A DNA stretch of 64,000 nucleotides from NCBI GenBank assembly GCA_963734895.1, contig CAVTIN010000004.1, positions 278,965 through 342,964 of the forward strand. Direction: 5' to 3'. A model generated the notes under the pieces. The model was not told the origin of the DNA, did no database searches, and saw only the letters and a list, made by a program, of their open reading frames with translations. This document shows, piece after piece, positions 1-9,354 of the stretch. Made by a program: the position numbers and the translations under genes. Numbering within the stretch: position 1 is the first letter of the stretch; each line of letters opens with the position of its first letter. This DNA comes from an uncultured Chloroflexia bacterium. GTDB lineage: Bacteria; Chloroflexota; Limnocylindria; Limnocylindrales; CSP1-4.

Positions 1-689
1 CCGGCCGGCGAGGTAGGCGAGGACGGCCGGGTCTTCCTGCACCCGCCGGCTCATCGGCGTCGCGACCAGTGACGGGGCGATCGCGTTGACCCGGATGCCG
101 AGCGGCGCGTAGTACGCAGCCACGGCGCGCGTGAACCCGTCGATGGCGCCCTTGCTCGCCGCGTAGGCGTGGGTCGCGAAGTGAGCCGGAGCCGGATGGG
201 TCGCGAGCACGCTCGACATCATCAGGATCACGCCGCGGGTGCCGTCCGCATCCGGTTCCTGCGCGAGCATCCGGCGGATGGCGCCGCGGGTCACCAGGAA
301 CTGGCTGGTGGCGTTCGATGCGAGGACCATCTCCCAGCCCTCGAGCGTCGCCTCGTGCACCGGCCCGTCGCCGAACCGGCGCCCGCTGATCCCGGCCACG
401 CTGTACACGGCGTCGAGTCGTCCGAGCCGCCTGTCGAGGTCCTGGAACGCGACCTCGACATCCGCCTCGTGGCGGAGGTCCGCCACCCGCCAGCTGCACC
501 GGCCGCCCGAGCGCTCGATCCCCGCCGCGAGCGCTGCGGCATGGTCCTCGCTTCTCGACACCACGAAAACCGAACCGCCCTCGGATGCGATCGCCCGCGC
601 AGCGGAGGCGGCAAGACCGGTCGATCCGGTCACCAGCACGTTGCGGCCGGCGAACCGCCCGCCGGCGAACCGGCCGCCGTCGGTCAAGC
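1..689 (-). CDS. Short-chain dehydrogenase/reductase (SDR). The 3' end runs off the left window edge. The N-terminus is continuous in-frame with the upstream Eda ORF, with no stop codon between them.
   Basis: Minus-strand translation gives GRNVLVTGSTGLAASAA (Rossmann fold), a YAASKGAIDGFTRAV catalytic Tyr-x3-Lys motif, and IRVNAIAPSLVATPMS. The ORF continues past position 1. An in-frame TTG/GTG occurs around 684-700, but no stop separates it from the Eda reading frame. Confidence 0.75.
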
Positions 690-1296
690 CTCGGCCTCGC
701 GAGACCGCCACCGACCCGATGATCGCGCGCCGGATCGCGGCATCGCCCGTCGCGAGCGCGGTGCCGATGCCGACGGCTGCCGCTCCCGCGTCGAGGTAGG
801 CAGCGGCGCTCGAGGCATCGATGCCACCGGTCGGGATCAGCTGGGCGTCCGGCATCGCGCCCCGCAGCCCGCGCACGAACGACGGCCCGACGGCCGACGC
901 CGGGAACAGCTTGACGAACGTCGCTCCGGCGGCCCACGCGACGGCGACCTCGGTTGGCGTGAAGGCGCCCGGGATGAACGGGAGGCCCTCCTCGACGGCC
1001 GTCGAGACGAGCGATGCGTCGAGCACCGCAGCGGCGGCAAAATCGGCCCCCGCCCGCCGTGCCGCCTCGAGCTCGCCGCGACGGAGCACCGTGCCCGCCC
1101 CGACAAGGAACGGCCCGTCGGTCCGGGCGTTGAGGCGGGCCCTGACGGCGGCCAGGTCGACCTCGGCCGTGTGTGCGTCGAGCCTGATCTCGAACACTCT
1201 GGCCCCCGCATCGGCAAGCTCGTCCACGAGGCTGAGCATGGCTGCCTCCGGGCTGACCGGGCGCAGCACGGCGATCAGTCGCTGTCGCCGGATCAT
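690..1296 (-). CDS. eda: 2-dehydro-3-deoxy-phosphogluconate (KDPG) / KHG aldolase
   Basis: ATG at 1294-1296 (minus). The translation MIRRQRLIAVLR...TPTEVAVAWAAGATFVKLFPA...LIPTGGIDASSAAAYLDAGAAAVGIGTAL matches the Eda family along its whole length. No in-frame stop was found before the SDR N-terminus. Confidence 0.8.
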
Positions 1297-1331
1297 CGCG
1301 GCGATCGCACCGGTCCTGAGTGAGTCGACCG

Positions 1332-2633
1332 TCATCCTGCTGCTACCTCCACGCCGGCCGGGTCCAGCAGCGCGCCGTCGGCGAGCAACCGCTCCCGGAT
1401 ATCACCCGCCGGCACTGCCCGCGGTGTCATGCCCCCTGCGGCGGCGAACACCGCCGCCGTCCCTGCGGCCTGGCCCATCGCCATGCAGGTTGCCATCGAT
1501 CGAGCCGAGGCGTGCGCATCGTGCGTTGCAGAGAAGCACCGGCCCGCGACGAGAAGGCCCTCGACGCCCGCCGGCAGGAGGCATCGGTAGGGGATGCCAT
1601 AGACGCCCTGGTCGCCGACGTGCTCCCAGTCCGTGTCGCCGCCGGCGTGGTGATCCTCGATCGGCGCCCCGCACAGCGCGATCTCGTCTGCAAACCGGTG
1701 TCCGCCGAGGACGTCGTCGCGGGTGAGCCGGTAGTCGCCGTGGACCCGCCGGCTCTCGCGGATCCCGATCGCCGGGCTCGTCGCGACGATCACCGCCTGC
1801 TCGAACCCGGGGACCCGGTCCCGGAGGAACCGGTGGTACTCCTGAACCTGGCGTCGACCCTCGACCTCTGCGCGGGTGAGCTGCTCCGGATCGGTGGCGT
1901 CGACGTTCGGGATCCGGGTCATGTGGACCAGCACCACGCCCGGGTGCGGTGTCCGGTGCCACGACCCCTCGATCCGGGGCAGCCGGTAGTCGCCGCTGCC
2001 GGCCGCATCGCGCATCCGGGCCACCAGCTCCGTCCTGGGTACCGCCCGTCCCCGCTCGACGTCCACGTTTGCGACCTTGAACAGCGTGGACAGCGACTGG
2101 ACCTGGCCCGAGGTCGCAGCGTCCTCGTAGCGTGCGCCCGCCATCGCGCTCACGTCGGCATCGCCCGAGGCGTCCACGAAGGCCGCGGCCTCGACCCAGC
2201 GCTCGCCGCCCTTGTTCCACAGGCGGACCGCGACCATCCTGCCGTCGTCCGTGACGCGCGCGCCCGTCGCCCAGGTATGCAGCAGCAGCTCCACGCCGGC
2301 GTCCTCCGCCAGCCGTTCCCACAGGACCTTGAGCGCCTCGGCGTCGTAGGTGACGCCCGTGCCGGCGCCGTACGTGTTGGGGCGCTCGAACGCCACGCCG
2401 TCGGCGGTCAGCCGTCGTGCGACCTCCCAGCCGATCCCGCCGACGACCCGGCGCGGAGCCGCACCGGGCGTGTAGAACGCGTAGAAGGTGTCGAGGACGG
2501 CGGTCGAGGTGCCGCCCATGAAGCCGAGCCGGTCGACGAGCAGGGTTCGAGCGCCGAGCCGCGCGGCCGTGATCGCCGCGGCCGAGCCGGCGGCGCCCGA
2601 ACCCACGACCATGACGTCGAACGCCTCCGTCAC
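1332..2633 (-). CDS. FAD-dependent oxidoreductase (FAD_oxidored family)
   Basis: 433-aa ORF with a GTG start. N-terminal dinucleotide-binding motif VMVVGSGAAGSAAAITAARLGARTLLVD. Start overlaps the stop of the upstream PTE-like gene by 4 nt. Confidence 0.8.
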   Translation of the reverse strand: MTEAFDVMVVGSGAAGSAAAITAARLGARTLLVDRLGFMGGTSTAVLDTFYAFYTPGAAPRRVVGGIGWEVARRLTADGVAFERPNTYGAGTGVTYDAEALKVLWERLAEDAGVELLLHTWATGARVTDDGRMVAVRLWNKGGERWVEAAAFVDASGDADVSAMAGARYEDAATSGQVQSLSTLFKVANVDVERGRAVPRTELVARMRDAAGSGDYRLPRIEGSWHRTPHPGVVLVHMTRIPNVDATDPEQLTRAEVEGRRQVQEYHRFLRDRVPGFEQAVIVATSPAIGIRESRRVHGDYRLTRDDVLGGHRFADEIALCGAPIEDHHAGGDTDWEHVGDQGVYGIPYRCLLPAGVEGLLVAGRCFSATHDAHASARSMATCMAMGQAAGTAAVFAAAGGMTPRAVPAGDIRERLLADGALLDPAGVEVAAG

Positions 2634-3604
2634 GCGTCCACTCCATCGACCCGATCGGCGTCGGCGATCGCGTACAGCCGGGCGGGGTTGTCGACCAGGA
2701 TCCGGTTCGCGGCCTCGTCGCCGAGCCGCCGCCGCAGGCGCGGCGCAAAGGCGGTCATCAGGTACCGCAGCCCGGGACCCCCGTCGTACGCGCGCAGGTA
2801 CCCGCGCTGCCCGAGGTCGAGACCGAGCACGATCCGGTCCAGGTGTCCGGCCGCCGCGACGGCCTCGATCAGGTCGAGGACCGTGCTGTCCGGGTGGTAC
2901 TTGGTCCGGCCGATCGTGTCGTACTCCAGCGTCACGCCCCGGGCCGCGATCTCCGCGTGGAGCTCTGCGTCCGGGTTCCGGTCCAGGTGCGCGAGCGCGA
3001 TCCGGTCGGGGGCCGCCCCAGCCGCCTCGAGCGTATCGACGATCTCGTGGCCGGCCGTCCCGATCTCCGTGTGGACGAGGACGGCAGCGCCCGTCGCGGC
3101 GCTCGCTCCGCCGATGGCTTCGAGGCGCCGCCGCTCGCTGCGCGTGATCTGGTGATATGACGCGCCGCCCTTGATCACGCCCGCCCGCGCCGGATCGAGC
3201 GGCAGCGCGGGATCGAGCCAGTCGGCGGGATGCATCCCGACGGTGAGGTCGGTGAGGATCCGGTCCGCCAGCATCTCCACCGGCGCGTCGAGGACCCAGT
3301 GGCCCTCCGGGTAGTGCCAGTCACGGTGGTACCCGGAGGCCGCGATGATGGTGACCCCGGTTGCGTCGGCGATCGCCCGCAGCCGGTCGGGCCGGCGCCC
3401 CAGGCCGATCGGGGTCATCTCGACGATGGTGCCGATCCCGCTCGCCTTCGCCTCGCGCACCTCCGCGATCGCCCGTTCCACGTCAGTGAACGCGTTGGCG
3501 TGGTCGGCCGGCGAATCGAGGACGAGGTGGTCGTGGGCATCGACGACGCCGAGCGTGGCCGCAGGGCGGGGACCGGTGACGGCGACGACGTGGGCCTCGG
3601 GCAC
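2630..3604 (-). CDS. Phosphotriesterase-family protein (PTE/Php-like, probable lactonase)
   Basis: This is the C-terminal ~325 aa of the 808-aa minus-strand ORF. It carries a PTE-like VVDAHDHL metal-binding motif, TIVEMTPIGLGRRPDRLRAIADATGVTIIAASGYH, and LVHTEIG. Start assigned to the GTG at about 3604. The upstream part of the long ORF is antisense to hypF and is rejected. Confidence 0.75.
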   Translation of the reverse strand: MPEAHVVAVTGPRPAATLGVVDAHDHLVLDSPADHANAFTDVERAIAEVREAKASGIGTIVEMTPIGLGRRPDRLRAIADATGVTIIAASGYHRDWHYPEGHWVLDAPVEMLADRILTDLTVGMHPADWLDPALPLDPARAGVIKGGASYHQITRSERRRLEAIGGASAATGAAVLVHTEIGTAGHEIVDTLEAAGAAPDRIALAHLDRNPDAELHAEIAARGVTLEYDTIGRTKYHPDSTVLDLIEAVAAAGHLDRIVLGLDLGQRGYLRAYDGGPGLRYLMTAFAPRLRRRLGDEAANRILVDNPARLYAIADADRVDGVDA

Positions 3605-3826
3605 CCGACCCTCCTGTGCGTGCGCGTCCCGGCTGCCGCCGGGCTGCCTCACGATGGTACCCGCGGGACCTGCCGGCGAACGGTGTGGCCGGGTGTCCGC
3701 CGACCGACCGGGTCCGGCTGGCCCACGGCGTCCGACCAGCCGCCGGCACCCGACCGGCCGACCGGCGGGGTCATTGCGGGCCGTTCGGCACATTGAGCAC
3801 CCGGCCGTCGCCCCGACGCTAGGACC

Positions 3827-6241
3827 ATGGCTGCAACCGTCCGCTCGGACGTGCGTGTCCCGGCCGCCAGCGATCGGCGACATGCCCGCGCCCTCGTCGT
3901 CGAGGGCGTGGTTCAGGGTGTCGGTTTCCGGCCGTTCGTGTGGCGCCTGGCCACGGAGCTGGATCTCGCCGGGCGGGTCCGGAACGCGGCCGGCCGCGTC
4001 GAGATCGAGGCCGCGGGCACGCCGTCCGCCCTCGATGCGTTCGCCCGCCGCCTGCGCAGCGATGCCCCGCCACGGGCTCGGGTCGAGCGCGTCACCTGGC
4101 TCGCCCTCGAGCCCGAGCTGGTCGCCGGGCTGCCGCGACCGTTCGAGATCGACGTCAGCGTCAACGCAACGACCGTCGACCGGCTGTTCCCGCCGGACAT
4201 CGCGACCTGCGACGAGTGCCTGCTCGAGATCCTCGACCCGGCCGACCGGCGCTACCGCTATCCGTTCACCAACTGCACGAACTGCGGGCCGCGGGCAACG
4301 ATCATCGACGAGCTCCCCTACGACCGGGCGAAGACGACGATGCGCGCATTCCCGTTGTGCCCGGCGTGCGATGCGGAGTACCGCGACCCCGCCGACCGGC
4401 GGTTCCACGCGGAGCCGGTCGCCTGCCCCGCATGTGGCCCCAGGCTCGCATGGCGCCCGACCGGGGCTCCGGCGGCGCTGGCCGAGGGCGAGGACGCGCT
4501 CGCGGCCGCCGTCCGGATGCTGCTCGACGGCGGGATCGTGGCGGTCAAGGGCCTCGGCGGCTATCACCTCGCATGCGATGCCACCAACGATGGGGCCGTC
4601 GCGCGTCTCCGAGACCGCAAGCGCCGCTGGGCCAAGCCGTTCGCGGTCATGGTCCGGGATCTCGCGGCGGCGACCGAGCTGTGCCGCGTCGGGGCGACCG
4701 AGCGTGGTCTGCTCACGGGGCCCGCCCGGCCGATCGTGCTGCTCGAGGCGCGCCGCGATGCGCCCACCCCATTGGCGGCGGCGGTCGCAACCGGCAACCG
4801 GCGGCTGGGCGTGTTCCTCCCGTACACGCCGCTCCACCACCTGCTGCTGGCCGAGATGGACAGGCCCCTCGTGCTCACCTCGGGCAACCTCACCGACGAG
4901 CCCCTGGCAACCGACGACCAGGATGCGCTCGAGCGGCTGGCGGGCCTCGCCGACGGGTTCCTCATGCATGACCGCGAGATCCGGGCCCGCTACGACGACT
5001 CGGTCACCCGCGTGGTCGCCGGCCGCGAGTCCATGGTGCGCCGCGCCCGGGGCCATGCGCCCGAGGCGATCGCTCTCCCGGTCTCAACCCCGTCGCCGCT
5101 GCTCGCAGTCGGTGCCGAGCTCAAGCACACGTTCACCCTCGCGCGCGGGGCGCGGGCCCACGTCGCGCCACACAACGGCGACCTCGAGGACCTGGCGACG
5201 CACCGGGCGTTCACCGACGGCCTCGCGCATCTCTCGAGGCTCCTCGCACTCGAGCCGGAGGTCGTCGTCCACGACCTGCACCCGGAATACCTGTCGACCA
5301 AGTACGCGATCGAGCAGTTCCCACCATCCCGTCGGATCGCCGTCCAGCATCACCATGCGCACGTGGCCTCGTGCGCCGCCGAGCACGGGATCACGCAGCC
5401 GTTCCTCGGCGTCGCGTACGACGGCCTGGGCATGGGCGACGACGGCACGCTGTGGGGCGGCGAGCTCCTGCTGGCGGACCTCCGCGGATACCGTCGGCTG
5501 GCGCGGTTCGGCCGGGCCCCGCTGCCCGGCGGCGCGCTTGCCGTGCGCCGGCCCTACCGGATGGCGCTCGGCTACCTGTTCGGCGCCGAGGCGCTCGACG
5601 GCCGCGGGGACACCCCCGGCATCGCGGTCGCGGATGGCGCCATCGCCGAATTCCTCGCCCGCCTCGACCCGCGCGAGGTCTCGCTCGTCCGGACGCAGGT
5701 CGAGCGAGGCCTCAACGCCCCGGTCGCATCCTCGGCCGGCCGCCTGTTCGACGCCGCCGCCGCGATCCTCGGGATCCGCGACGTCGCGGAGTTCGAGGCG
5801 CAGGCCGCGATCGACCTCGAGCTCGCTGCCGGGGATCGATCGGCCGCGGTCCTCCCATACGCCATCGTTCGCACGGATGGGCTGCTGGTCTACGATCCGC
5901 GCCCGACCCTCGCGGCGCTCCTGGCAGCACGCGCCGGAGGCACGGCCGCCGCGCCGCTCGCCGCCGCGTTCCAGGAGACGATCGCGGTCGTGACGCAGCA
6001 GCTGCTGTTCGAGGCGCGAGCGGCGACCGGGGTCCGAACCGTCTGCCTGTCGGGCGGCGTGTTCCAGAACCGGCGCCTCGCGTCGGCGCTGCTCCGGCGC
6101 CTGTCGCGCGATGGCTTCGAGGTGTTCATCAATCGACGCGTGCCCGTCAACGACGGCGGCGTCAGCTACGGCCAGGCCGCGATCGGCGCGGCGCGGCTTG
6201 GATCCGACGCGGCGGCCGCCGCGATCGCGCAGGAGGGCTGA
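3827..6241 (+). CDS. hypF: [NiFe] hydrogenase maturation carbamoyltransferase HypF
   Basis: 804 aa. Acylphosphatase domain (VVEGVVQGVGFRPFVWRLA), two CxxC-x18-CxxC zinc fingers (CDECLLEI...CTNCGPR and CPACDAEY...CPACGPRL), a YrdC-like domain (VAVKGLGGYHLACDA) and a Kae1-like C-terminal domain. Confidence 0.92.
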   Translation: MAATVRSDVRVPAASDRRHARALVVEGVVQGVGFRPFVWRLATELDLAGRVRNAAGRVEIEAAGTPSALDAFARRLRSDAPPRARVERVTWLALEPELVAGLPRPFEIDVSVNATTVDRLFPPDIATCDECLLEILDPADRRYRYPFTNCTNCGPRATIIDELPYDRAKTTMRAFPLCPACDAEYRDPADRRFHAEPVACPACGPRLAWRPTGAPAALAEGEDALAAAVRMLLDGGIVAVKGLGGYHLACDATNDGAVARLRDRKRRWAKPFAVMVRDLAAATELCRVGATERGLLTGPARPIVLLEARRDAPTPLAAAVATGNRRLGVFLPYTPLHHLLLAEMDRPLVLTSGNLTDEPLATDDQDALERLAGLADGFLMHDREIRARYDDSVTRVVAGRESMVRRARGHAPEAIALPVSTPSPLLAVGAELKHTFTLARGARAHVAPHNGDLEDLATHRAFTDGLAHLSRLLALEPEVVVHDLHPEYLSTKYAIEQFPPSRRIAVQHHHAHVASCAAEHGITQPFLGVAYDGLGMGDDGTLWGGELLLADLRGYRRLARFGRAPLPGGALAVRRPYRMALGYLFGAEALDGRGDTPGIAVADGAIAEFLARLDPREVSLVRTQVERGLNAPVASSAGRLFDAAAAILGIRDVAEFEAQAAIDLELAAGDRSAAVLPYAIVRTDGLLVYDPRPTLAALLAARAGGTAAAPLAAAFQETIAVVTQQLLFEARAATGVRTVCLSGGVFQNRRLASALLRRLSRDGFEVFINRRVPVNDGGVSYGQAAIGAARLGSDAAAAAIAQEG

Positions 6242-6245
6242 TCGG

Positions 6246-6587
6246 ATGTGTCTCGGGATCCCGGGCAAGATCACGGAGATCCGCGATGAGGCGGGCCTCG
6301 CGATGGGCAAGGTCGACTTCGGCGGCGTGCGCAAGGACGCCTGCCTGGCCTACCTGCCGGACGCGAAGCTGGGCGACTACGTGATCGTCCATGTCGGCTT
6401 CGCGATCTCCCAGGTGGACGAGGTCGAGGCGCTCAAGACGCTCGAGATCCTGGGCAGCATGGGCGTGATCGGACCCGAGCTCATGACGATGGGACCGGGC
6501 ATGAACGAGCTCGCAATCGTGTCCGATGACGAGGTGCCGTTCGGCGGCGCCCTGCCACCGGCGACGATCGGAGGGTCGTCCTCGTGA
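6246..6587 (+). CDS. hypC: Hydrogenase maturation factor HypC (with a ~25-aa C-terminal extension)
   Basis: [12 protein letters not shown]... (N-terminal Cys2 signature), [16 protein letters not shown] at 6246. Stop overlaps the hypD start. Confidence 0.85.
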   Translation: MCLGIPGKITEIRDEAGLAMGKVDFGGVRKDACLAYLPDAKLGDYVIVHVGFAISQVDEVEALKTLEILGSMGVIGPELMTMGPGMNELAIVSDDEVPFGGALPPATIGGSSS

Positions 6588-7759
6588 AGTACCTCGACGA
6601 GTATCGCGACCCGGTCCTGGCGAAGAAGCTGCTCGCGGAGATCCACCGGATCACCACCCGCCCCTGGACGCTGATGGAGGTGTGCGGCGGCCAGACGCAC
6701 ACGATCGTCAAGCAGGGGATCGACGAGGCGCTGCCGGAGGGTGTCCGGATGATCCACGGGCCGGGCTGTCCCGTGTGCGTGACGCCGCTGGAGCAGATCG
6801 ACAAGGCGCTGGCGATCGCCGCACGCCCCGACGTGATCTTCACCAGCTACGGGGACATGCTCCGCGTGCCCGGCTCGACCACGGACCTGCTCGCGCTCAA
6901 GGCCCGCGGGGCGGATGTCCGGATCGTGTACTCGCCGCTGGATGCGCTCAAGATCGCGCTCGCCAACCCGGACCGGCAGGTCGTGTTCTTCGCCGTCGGC
7001 TTCGAGACGACGGCACCCGCCAATGCGATGGCCGTGGCCGAGGCTGCGCGGCGCGGGATCGACAACTTCAGCGTCCTCGTGTCGCACGTGCTGGTGCCAC
7101 CGGCGATGACCGCGTTGCTGGACTCACCCACCAACCAGGTGCAGTCATTCCTGGCCGCCGGCCACGTGTGCGCGATCATGGGCTGGACCGAGTACGAGCC
7201 GATCGCCGAGAAGTACCGCGTGCCGATCGTGGTCACGGGCTTCGAGCCGCTTGACCTCCTCGAGGGGATCCTGATGGCGATCCGCCAGCTCGAGGAAGGC
7301 CGCCACGAGGTCGAGAACCAGTACGTCCGCGCCGTGCGGCGCGAGGGCGTGCCGCTCGCCCAGGAGCAGGTGCTCGCGGTGTTCGAGGTCGGCGCGCGGA
7401 AGTGGCGCGGGATCGGGGAGATCCCCCGATCCGGCTACCAGCTGCGGCCCGAGTACGCCCGATTCGATGCGGAGCGCAGGTTCGAGGTGGGGGACATCCA
7501 CACCAACGAGCACCCCGCCTGCATCGCGGGCGCGATCCTCACCGGCGAGCGGACCCCGCTCGACTGCACCGCCTACGGCACGCTGTGCACCCCGCAGAAG
7601 CCGCTCGGTGCGCCGATGGTCAGCTCCGAGGGCACCTGCGCCGCGTTCTTCGCGGCCGGCCGGGGCCTGAACGCGGGCGGTGGGTTCACCGGCGCGATGC
7701 CCCTGGTCCCCGTCGCGGCCGCCGGGAGCGCCGCCGCTTCCATGGAGGCGTCCCGATGA
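6584..7759 (+). CDS. hypD: Hydrogenase maturation factor HypD
   Basis: [10 protein letters not shown]...[11 protein letters not shown]...[11 protein letters not shown]...GFETTAP...[12 protein letters not shown]: the HypD family CGGx[10 protein letters not shown] and FETT motifs. About 30 aa longer at the C-terminus than typical HypD. Confidence 0.9.
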   Translation: MKYLDEYRDPVLAKKLLAEIHRITTRPWTLMEVCGGQTHTIVKQGIDEALPEGVRMIHGPGCPVCVTPLEQIDKALAIAARPDVIFTSYGDMLRVPGSTTDLLALKARGADVRIVYSPLDALKIALANPDRQVVFFAVGFETTAPANAMAVAEAARRGIDNFSVLVSHVLVPPAMTALLDSPTNQVQSFLAAGHVCAIMGWTEYEPIAEKYRVPIVVTGFEPLDLLEGILMAIRQLEEGRHEVENQYVRAVRREGVPLAQEQVLAVFEVGARKWRGIGEIPRSGYQLRPEYARFDAERRFEVGDIHTNEHPACIAGAILTGERTPLDCTAYGTLCTPQKPLGAPMVSSEGTCAAFFAAGRGLNAGGGFTGAMPLVPVAAAGSAAASMEASR

Positions 7760-8836
7760 CCACCTCCGACGAGCCCATGGTCACGATCGATGCGGACGGC
7801 GTGACCTGCCCGGCGCCGATCCCGGAGGACGAGCGCATCATCCTCGGGCACGGATCCGGCGGCCAGCTGTCGAACGCACTGATGCGCGACGTGCTGGCGC
7901 CGGCGCTGGCCGTGGCTGCCCCCGGGCGGCACGCTCAACGACGCAGCCGTGGTCGATGTCGCCGGCACGCGCGTGGCGTTCACGACCGACTCCTTCGTGG
8001 TGTCGCCGATCCAGTTTCCGGGCGGCGACATCGGCGAGCTGGCCGTCAACGGCACGGTCAACGACCTCGCCATGATGGGCGCCCAGCCGCTGGCACTCAG
8101 CCTCGCCTACGTGATCGAGGAGGGGCTGCCGCTCGAGGAGCTGCGGGCGATCACGGCGTCGGCGGCCGCCGCGGCGGCCCGGGCCGGAGCGCGCATCGTG
8201 ACCGGCGACACCAAGGTCGTGGGGCGCGGTGCCGCGGATCGCCTGTTCGTCAACACCGCGGGCATCGGCCTCGTGCCGGACGGGATCGCGCCGGCGGCGG
8301 ATCGGGCGCGACCAGGCGATGTCGTGATCCTCTCGGGAGCGATCGGGTTGCATGGGGTCGCGATCATGAGCGTCCGCGAGGGGCTGGAGTTCGAGGTCGA
8401 GATCGCCTCGGACACGCAGCCGCTCAATGCTCTCGTGGCCGCAATGCTCGCGGTGGAACCCGACGTCCGCGTCCTGCGCGATCCGACGCGCGGCGGCCTG
8501 TCATCCGCGCTCAACGAGATCGCGACGGCCTCGCGGGTGGGCATGGTCCTCGACGAGCCGGACATCCCGATCCCGGGCCCGGTCCGTGCCGCCTGCGAGT
8601 TCCTGGGCCTGGACCCGCTCCACGTCGCCAACGAGGGCAAGCTCGTGGCCATCGTGCCGGCCGGATCCGCGGACGCCGTGCTCGCCGCGATGCGGGTGAT
8701 GCCCGCAGGCGCGGAGGCGGCGCGGATCGGCACGGTCGTGGCCGACCACCCGGGCATGGTCACGATCCGGACGATCGTGGGCAGCGAACGCATCGTGGAC
8801 ATGCTGGTCGGGGAGCAGCTGCCGAGGATCTGCTGA
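7756..8836 (+). CDS. hypE: Hydrogenase maturation factor HypE, interrupted by an apparent +1 frameshift at about 7919-7926 (possible pseudogene or homopolymer sequencing error)
   Basis: Frame 1 from ATG 7756: [56 protein letters not shown], then the sequence drifts. Frame 2 from about 7925: [55 protein letters not shown] ... EQLPRIC (C-terminal Cys). The two halves join perfectly if one C is removed from the C5 run GCCCCCGGG. Confidence 0.8.
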
Positions 8837-8868
8837 GCGGGCGGACCGCAGGTCCGCGACGGTCGCGG

Positions 8869-9318
8869 CTACTCGCGTTCGGTGTTGTCGTGGCCGCGCG
8901 TCTCGAACAGCCGGGACAGGACGCGCCCCATCCCGTATCCGATCGTGACCGGTGCCCCGAACCAGATCGTCGCGATGATGCCCGAGATCGGATCCAACGG
9001 GACGAGCCGGCCGACCCCGAACGAGAGCACGAGGATGGCGACCATTCCGATCAGGACGCCGATCAGCACCAGCAGGAGCCCCGTCCAGCCGCGCGTCACC
9101 AGGCCGGCGGCCCCGCCACCGATGAGCAACAGGATCGGCGAGATGATGACCGCAGCCATCGCGCAGTCGCCGTTGAAGCCCTGGCCGACGCAGCCGAGGT
9201 TCGCGCCGCCGAACACCGCGAGCGGGCAGGCAACGGCCACGATCACCATCGCGATGAGATCGCGAAGCTGGCTGTAGCGGATGGATTCCATGCGCTCCTC
9301 CTCGGTCTTGCCGATCAT
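8869..9318 (-). CDS. Small hydrophobic membrane protein (4 predicted TM), hypothetical
   Basis: 149-aa ORF with four hydrophobic stretches (IAMVIVAVACPLAVFGG, AAVIISPILLLIGGGAAGLV, LLLVLIGVLIGMVAILVLSF, IIATIWFGAPVTIGYGM). Convergent with hypE. Confidence 0.5.
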   Translation of the reverse strand: MIGKTEEERMESIRYSQLRDLIAMVIVAVACPLAVFGGANLGCVGQGFNGDCAMAAVIISPILLLIGGGAAGLVTRGWTGLLLVLIGVLIGMVAILVLSFGVGRLVPLDPISGIIATIWFGAPVTIGYGMGRVLSRLFETRGHDNTERE

Positions 9319-9354
9319 GCGCCGATCAGCCGGTTTGGGGAAGACCTGCGCGGC

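Noticed and set aside
169-1323. 384-aa plus-strand ORF and other long Arg/Pro/Gly-rich ORFs in the first 3 kb (239..799, 821..1726, 1320..3155, 1402..2748 minus)
   Set aside because: These have the amino-acid composition typical of out-of-frame or antisense reading in a >70% GC genome (R/P/G/A-rich, no recognisable motifs). The minus strand in the proper frame gives clear SDR, Eda and FAD-oxidoreductase homologs.
3605-5056. N-terminal ~480 aa of the 808-aa minus-strand ORF 2630..5056
   Set aside because: Only the C-terminal ~325 aa (2630-3604) match the phosphotriesterase family. The remainder is antisense to hypF, with junk composition.
3345-5993. 882-aa plus-strand ORF overlapping hypF in another frame; 7402..9624 (740 aa); 14776..16467 minus (563 aa); 25019..26788 minus (589 aa); 42754..44994 minus (746 aa); 44675..46504 minus upstream portion
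   Set aside because: Stop-codon-poor alternative frames of genuine genes. The translations are low-complexity R/G/P/A-rich with no family signatures.
8836-8869. Short palindromes after hypE (gcggacc-gca-ggtccgc; cgcgac-g-gtcgcg) considered as a terminator
   Set aside because: The stems are only 6-7 bp with 1-3-nt loops in a 33-nt convergent spacer. This is too weak to call, though it is compatible with a bidirectional terminator.
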